The position numbers and the translations under genes were made by a program. The notes under the pieces are model-generated. The model was not told the origin of the DNA. It worked only from the letters and a program-made list of their open reading frames with translations, and made no database searches. Below, one piece after another: positions 56,848 to 64,000 of a DNA stretch of 64,000 bases; position 1 is the stretch's first letter; the number at the start of each line of letters is the position of its first letter. This DNA comes from the human T2T-CHM13v2.0 reference genome, Homo sapiens. The stretch lies in the NCBI RefSeq assembly GCF_009914755.1, contig NC_060948.1; one strand, written 5' to 3'.

Positions 56848-59800
56848 CTAATGGAATGGAATTAAATGGAAATGAATCAAATTGAATAGCACGGAATTGA
56901 ATTGAATGGAATGGAATGCAATGGAATCTAATGAAACGGAAAGGAAAGGAATGGAATGGAATGGAATGGGCTGGAATGGAAAGGAATCGAAACGAATGGA
57001 ATGGAATCGAACTGAAGAGACTGGAATGGAATGCACTGGAATGGAAGGGAGTGTAATGGAAGGTTCTCGAAAAAAATGGAATCGAATGGAATGGAATTGA
57101 ATGGAACGGAATAGAGTCGAATGGAATTGAATGGAATGGAATGGACTAGAGTGAAATGGAATCGAACCACAAGGGATGGACAGGAATACAATGGTCTCGA
57201 ATTGAATGGAATCGTATGGAATGGCATCAAACGGAATGGAATGGACAGCCACGGAATGGAATGCACTCGAATGCAATGGAGTCGAAACTAATGGACTGGA
57301 ATAGAATGGACTCGACTGGTACGGACTCCAATGGAATGGAATCGAATGGAAGGGAATCGAACGGAATGGACTCGAAGGGAAAAGACTGCAATGGAAAGGT
57401 CTCGAATGGAATGGAAATTAATGGAATGGAATGGAATCGAATGAAATGGAGTCAAAAGGAATGGAATCGAATGGCAAGAAATTGAATGTAATGGAATCGC
57501 CAGGAATTGATGTGAACGGAACGGAATGGAATGGAATCCAAATGAATGGAATAGAATGAAATGGAATCGAATGGAAAGGACTCGAATGGAAATCACTCGA
57601 ATAGAATGCAATTTAATAAAATAGGATCAAATGTAATGGAATGGAATGGAAAGGAATCGAAACGAAAGGAATGGAGACAGATGGAATGGAATGGAACAGA
57701 GAGCAATGGTATAGAATGGAATGGAATCATCTGGAATGGAATTGAATGGAATGGAATAATATGAAATGGAATGGAATGGAATGGAATGGAATGCCCTTGA
57801 ATTAAATGGACTGGAATGGAATGGACTCGAACAGAGTGGAATGGAAAGTGTTGAGATAGAATGGAATGGACTCCTTTGGAATGGTGTAGTATGCAATGCA
57901 ATCGACTGGCAGGGAATCAAAAGGAATGTAATGGAATGGACTGGACTGGAATGCAATGGACTCGAATAGATTGGAAACGGAATGCAAAGGAATGGAATGG
58001 AATAGTATGGAATGGAATGGAAAGGAATGGAGTGGAATAGACTAGAGTGGAATGGAATGGACTGGAAAGCAATGGACTGGAATGGAACTTTCTTGAATGG
58101 ACTGGAATCAAACGGAATGGAATGCAATGCAATCAAATGGCATGGAATAAAATAGAATGAAAGAGAATCAAATGGAATTGAATCGAATGGAATCGAATGG
58201 ATTGGAAAGGAATAGAATGGAATGGAATGGAATTGACTCAAATGGAATGGACTAGAATGGAATGGATTCGAATGGAAGGCAAAGGAATGGAATCTATTGG
58301 AATGGACTGTAATGGAATGGAATGGAAGGGATTGGAATGGACTCGAATGGAATGGACTGCAATAGAAAGGATTCGAATGGAATGAAAAAGAATTGAATGG
58401 AATAGAACAGAATGGAATCAAATCGAATGAAATGGAATGGAATAGAAAGGAATGGAATGAAATGGAATGGAAAGGATTCGAATGGAATGCAATCGAATGG
58501 AATGGAATCGAACGGAATGGAATAAAATGGAAGAAAACTGGCAAGAAATGGAATCGAAATGAATGGAGTGTTATGGAACGGACTCAAAAGGAATTGAATG
58601 TAATAGAATGGAGTGGAGTGGACTCGAATATAATGGACTGGAATGGAATGAAATCACATGGAATGGGAACGAATGGAATGGAATGGAAAGGAATGGAATC
58701 GAATGGAAAGGAATCGAATGGAAGGGAATGAAATTGAATCAACAGGAATGGAAGGGAATAGAATAGACGGTAATGGAATGGACTCGAATAGAATGGACAC
58801 GAATGCTCAAATTGAATGGACTCGAATGGAATGGAAACGAAAGGAATGTCATCGAATGGAATTGAATCGATTGGAATGAAATCGCATAGAATGGAGTGGA
58901 ATCAAATGGAATTGAATCGAAAGGAAAGGAAGCAAATGGACTGAAATGGAATGGAATGGAATTGAATGGAAAGTTATGTAATGGAATACAATGGAACGAA
59001 ATTTCACGGAATGGAATCAAACTGAATGGAATCAAATCAATGGAATCAAATCAAATGGAATGGAAAGGAATTGAATGGAGTAGATTGGATGGGATGGGAT
59101 TGGAATGAAATGTACTGGAAAGGACTCGAATTTCATGAAACGGAATGGAATGAATTGGAACGGAATGGACTCGAATGGAATGGAATGTCAGGGAATGGCA
59201 TCAAATGGAATGGCATCAAATGGAATGGAATCGAATGCAATGGAATGCTATGGAATGGAATGGAATGCATTGGAATGGAATGTCCTCTAATGGAATGGAT
59301 TCGAGTGGAATGGAATCGAATATAATGGAGTCGAATGAAATGGAATTGAAAGGAATAGGATCGAATAGAATGGAATATACTGGAATGTAATTTAATGAAC
59401 TCGAATGTAATTGACTGGAATGGAATGTACATGAATGGAATGTAATCGAATGGAAAGTAATCCAATGGAATAGAATCTAATGCAATAAAATCGACTCAGA
59501 TAGAGTAGAATGTAATGGAATGGAGTGCAGTGCAATGGAATGGAATGGAATGGAATGCAATGGAATGGAATGGAATGGAATGGAATGGAATGGAATGGAA
59601 TGGAATGGTGTGGAATGGATAGTAATGGACTGGAGTGAAATGGACTGGAAAGGAATGGACTCAAATTGAAAGGGCTCGAAAGGAATGGAATCAAATGGAA
59701 TGGTCTGGAATGGAATGAACACGAATGTAATGCAATCCAATAGAATGGAATCGAATGGCATGGAATATAAAGAAATGGAATCGAAGAGAATGGAAACAAA

Positions 59801-60406
59801 TGGAATGGAATTGAGTGGAATGGAATTGAATGGAATGGGAACGAATGGAGTGAAATTGTATGCAGTAGAAGAGAATAGAATGGAATGCAAGCGAAAGGAA
59901 AGGAATGGATTGGAATGGAATGCAATTCATTGGAATGGAAGGGAATGTAGTGTAATGGACAGGCCTGGAATAAAGTGGAATGCTACGGTCTCGAATGGAA
60001 TAAAAATGTATGGAATGGAATGGAATGAAACGGAATCGAATGTCATAGAATGTAATGGAATGCAAAAAAATGGAATCCAAAATCATTGACTGGAAAGGCT
60101 GGGTGTCGAAAGGAATTGACTCCAATGGAATGGAATCGAATGGAATGGAAGTGAATAGAATCGAACTAAATCGAATGGAATGGAATTGATAGGAACGGAA
60201 TGGAAAGGAATGCAATGATTTGGCATGGAATGGAATCGAATGGCATCGAATGGAATGGAATGGAATGCAATGGAATGGAATGTATTAGAATGTAATGAAC
60301 TTTAATGGAATGTACTCGAATGGATTCGACTGGAATGGAATGTTCTGGAAGTGAATGGACTCCAATGGAATGGATTCCAAAGGAATGGAATCGTACGGAA
60401 TGGAAT
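56848..60406 (+). repeat. DYZ1 monomer U17 (3,559 bp; copy of U10)
   Basis: ORF translations match U10 at offset 24,898. Confidence 0.9.
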
Positions 60407-63400
60407 CTAATGGAATGGAATTAAATGGAAATGAATCAAATTGAATAGCACGGAATTGAATTGAATGGAATGGAATGCAATGGAATCTAATGAAACGGAA
60501 AGGAAAGGAATGGAATGGAATGGAATGGGCTGGAATGGAAAGGAATCGAAACGAATGGAATGGAATCGAACTGAAGAGACTGGAATGGAATGCACTGGAA
60601 TGGAAGGGAGTGTAATGGAAGGTTGTCGAAAAAAATGGAATCGAATGGAATGGAATTGAATGGAACGGAATAGAGTCGAATGGAATTGAATGGAATGGAA
60701 TGGACTAGAGTGAAATGGAATCGAACCACAAGGAATGGACAGGAATAGAATGGTCTCGAATTGAATGGAATCGTATGGAATGGCATCAAACGGAATGTAA
60801 TGGACAGCCACGGAATGGAATGCACTCGAATGCAATGGAGTCGAAACTAATGGACTGGAATAGAATGGACTCGACTGGTACGGACTGCAATGGAATGGAA
60901 TCGAATGGAAGGGAATCGAACGGAATGGACTCAAAGGGAAAAGACTGCAATGGAAAGGTCTCGAATGGAATGGAAATTAATGGAATGGAATGGAATCGAA
61001 AGAAATGGAGTCAAAAGGAATGGAATCGAATGGCAAGAAATCGAATGTAATGGAATCGCAAGGAATTGATGTGAACGGAACGGAATGGAATGGAATCCAA
61101 AGGAATGGAATAGAATGGAATGGAATCGAATGGAAAGGACTCGAATGGAAATCACTCGAATAGAATGCAATTTAATAAAATAGGATCAAATGTAATGGAA
61201 TGGAATGGAAAGGAATCGAAACGAAAGGAATGGAGACAGATGGAATGGAATGGAACAGAGAGCAATGGTATAGAATGGAATGGAATCATCTGGAATGGAA
61301 TTGAATGGAATGGAATAATATGAAATGGAATGGAATGGAATGGAATGGAATGCCCTTGAATTAAATGGACTGGAATGGAATGGACTCGAACAGAGTGGAA
61401 TGGAAAGTGTTGAGATAGAATGGAATGCACTCCTTTGGAATGGTCTAGTATGCAATGCAATCGACTGGTAGGGAATCAAAAGGAATGTAATCGAATGAAT
61501 TGGACAGGAATGCAATGGACTCGAATAGATTGGAAACGGAATGCAAAGGAATGGAATGGAATAGTATGCAATGGAATGGAAAGGAATGGAGTGGAATAGA
61601 CTAGAGTGGAATGGAATGGACTGGAAAGCAATAGACTGGAATGGAACTTTCTTGAATGGACTGGAATCAAACGGAATGGAATGCAATGCAATCAAATGGC
61701 ATGGAATAAAATAGAATGAAAGAGAATCAAATGGAATTGAATCGAATGGAATCGAATGGATTGGAAAGGAATAGAATGGAATGGAATGGAATTGACTCAA
61801 ATGGAATGGACTAGAATGGAATGGATTCGAATGGAAGGCAAAGGAATGGAATCTATTGGAATGGACTGTAATGGAATGGAATGGAAGGGATTGGAATGGA
61901 CTCGAATGGAATGGACTGCAATAGAAAGGATTCGAATGGAATGAAAAAGAATTGAATGGAATAGAACAGAATGGAATCAAATCGAATGAAATGGAATGGA
62001 ATAGAAAGGAATGGAATGAAATGGAATGGAAAGGATTCGAATGGAATGCAATCGAGTGGAATGGAATTGAACGGAATGGAATAAAATGGAAGAAAACAGG
62101 CAAGAAATGGAATCGAAATGAATGGAGTGTTATGGAACGGACTCAAAAGGAATTGAATGTAATAGAATGGAGTGGAGTGGACTCGAATATAATGGACTGG
62201 AATGGAATGAAATCACATGGAATGGGAACGAATGGAATGGAATGGAAAGGAATGGAATCGAATGGAAAGGAATCGAATGGAAGGGAATGAAATTGAATCA
62301 ACAGGAATGGAAGGGAATAGAATAGACGGTAATGGAATGGACTCGAATAGAATGGACACGAATGCTCAAATTGAATGGACTCGAATGGAATGGAAACGAA
62401 AGGAATGTCATCGAATGGAATTGAATCGATTGGAATGAAATCGCATAGAATGGAGTGGAATCAAATGGAATTGAATCGAAAGGAAAGGAAGCGAATGGAC
62501 TGAAATGAAATGGAATGGAATTGAATGGAAAGTAATGCAATGGAATAGAATGGAACGAAATTTCACGGAATGGAATCAAACTGAATGGAATCAAATCAAT
62601 GGAATCAAATCAAATGGAATGGAAAGGAATTGAATGGAGTAGATTGGATTGGATGGGATTGGAATGAAATGTACTGGAAAGGACTCGAATTTCATGAAAC
62701 GGAATGGAATGAATTGGAACGGAATGGACTCGAATGGAATGGAATGTCATGGAATGGCATCAAATGGAATGGCATCAAATGGAATGGAATCGAATGCAAT
62801 GGAATGTTATGGAATGGAATGGAATGCATTGGAATGGAATGTCCTCTAATGGAATGGATTCGAGTGGAATGGAATCGAATATAATGGAGTCGAATGAAAT
62901 GGAATTGAAAGGAATGGGATCGAATAGAATGGAATATACTGGAATGTAATGTAATGAACTCGAATGTAATTGACTGGAATGGAATGTACATGAATGGAAT
63001 GTAATCGAATGGAAAGTAATCCAATGGAATAGAATCTAATGCAATAAAACCGACTCAGATAGCGTAGAATGTAATGGAATGGAGTGCAGTGCAATGGAAT
63101 GGAATGGAATAGAATGCAATGGAATGGAATGGAATGGAATGGAATGGAATGGAATGGAATGGAATGGGATGGAATGGTATGGAATGGATAGTAATGGACT
63201 GGAGTGAAATGGACTGGAAAGGAATGGACTCAAATTGAAAGGGCTCGAAAGGAATGGAGTCAAATGGAATGGTCTGGAATGGAATGAACACGAATGTAAT
63301 GCAATCCAATAGAATGGAATCGAATGGCATGGAATATAAAGAAATGGATTCGAAGAGAATGGAAACAAATGGAATGGAATTGAATGGAATGGAATTGAAT

Positions 63401-63975
63401 GGAATGGGAACGAATGGAGTGAAATTGTATGCAGTAGAAGGGAATAGAATGGAATGCAAGCGAAAGGAAACGAATGGATTGGAATGGAATGGAATTCATT
63501 GGAATGGAAGGGAATGTAGTGTAATGGACAGGCCTGGAATAAAGTGGAATGCTACGGTCTCGAATGGAATAAAAATGTATGGAATGGAATGCAATGAAAC
63601 GGAATCGAATGTCATAGAATGTAATGGAATGCAAGAAAATGGAATCCAAAATCATTGACTGGAAAGGCTGGGTGTCGAAAGGAATTGACTCCAATGGAAT
63701 GGAATCGAATGGAATGGAAGTGAATAGAATCGAACTAAATCGAATGGAATGGAATTGATAGGAACGGAATGGAAAGGAATGCAATGATTTGGCATGGAAT
63801 GGAATCGAATGGCATCGAATGGAATGGAATGGAATGCAATGGAATGGAATGTATTAGAATGTAATGAACTTTAATGGAATGTACTCGAATGGATTCGACT
63901 GGAATGGAATGTTCTGGAAGTGAATGGACTCCAATGGAATGGATTCCAAAGGAATGGAATCGTACGGAATGGAAT
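60407..63975 (+). repeat. DYZ1 monomer U18 (3,569 bp; copy of U11)
   Basis: ORF translations match U11 at offset 24,898 with a few SNVs; the next anchor is at 63,976. Confidence 0.9.
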
Positions 63976-64000
63976 CTAATGGAATGGAATTAAATGGAAA

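Larger units (their letters stand above)
1..64000 (+). repeat. DYZ1: Human satellite 3 (GGAAT)n array, DYZ1-type (Yq12 heterochromatin), ~18 tandem monomers of ~3.56 kb
   Basis: Seen: continuous GGAAT-derived pentamers; unique landmarks (cagccacgg, acaggcctgg, aatgctcaaa, ggctgggtgtc) recur every 3.51-3.57 kb; monomer 1 is 3,564 bp. Established: DYZ1 is a ~3.56-kb HSat3 unit cut once by HaeIII and EcoRI. The chromosome assignment is inferred from these properties. Confidence 0.95.
41278..64000 (+). repeat. 7-monomer (~24.9 kb) tandem duplication / higher-order repeat, copy 2 (runs off the window end)
   Basis: Colinear with 16,380-39,100; about 8 SNVs and two 5-bp indels noticed by eye. Confidence 0.9.

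Noticed and set aside
7-63784. Hundreds of ORFs encoding MEWNG-like (+) and FHSIP-like (-) peptides
   Set aside because: They are the direct translation of (GGAAT)n/(ATTCC)n, which has no stop codon in any frame. They overlap in all frames, are broken by 5-bp indels between monomers and show no domain-like sequence.
1-64000. CRISPR array, telomeric repeat, alpha satellite, HSat2, DYZ2/Alu or L1 insertion, strand inversion
   Set aside because: No repeat-spacer structure, no TTAGGG tract, no 171-bp unit, no HSat2-type gaatcatcgaatg dominance, no non-pentamer stretch of element size and no ATTCC-strand segment were seen.

Overview
The whole 64-kb window is one uninterrupted, single-orientation array of diverged (GGAAT)n pentamer satellite (human satellite 3). 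It is organised as 18 tandem monomers of 3,508-3,569 bp; the first is exactly 3,564 bp. A monomer typically has one HaeIII and one EcoRI site. This matches DYZ1, the HSat3 repeat of human Yq12 heterochromatin (family assignment from recall, not from a database search). No gene, RNA gene, transposon, DYZ2/Alu insertion or inversion is visible, and the ORF track is a by-product of the pentamer. The information lies in the variants: (i) a near-identical 7-monomer, ~24.9-kb tandem duplication or higher-order repeat covering ~16-64 kb; (ii) a separate recent one-monomer duplication at ~8.7-15.6 kb within a clade marked by a 1-bp deletion; (iii) a complex 35-bp scar where the two lineages meet; (iv) mosaic variant sharing consistent with gene conversion; (v) three perfect canonical heat-shock elements (nGAAnnTTCnnGAAn) per monomer on a TEAD-motif background. 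I found no evidence of a novel protein-coding system. All comparisons were made by eye with the ORF track, so variant counts are lower bounds.
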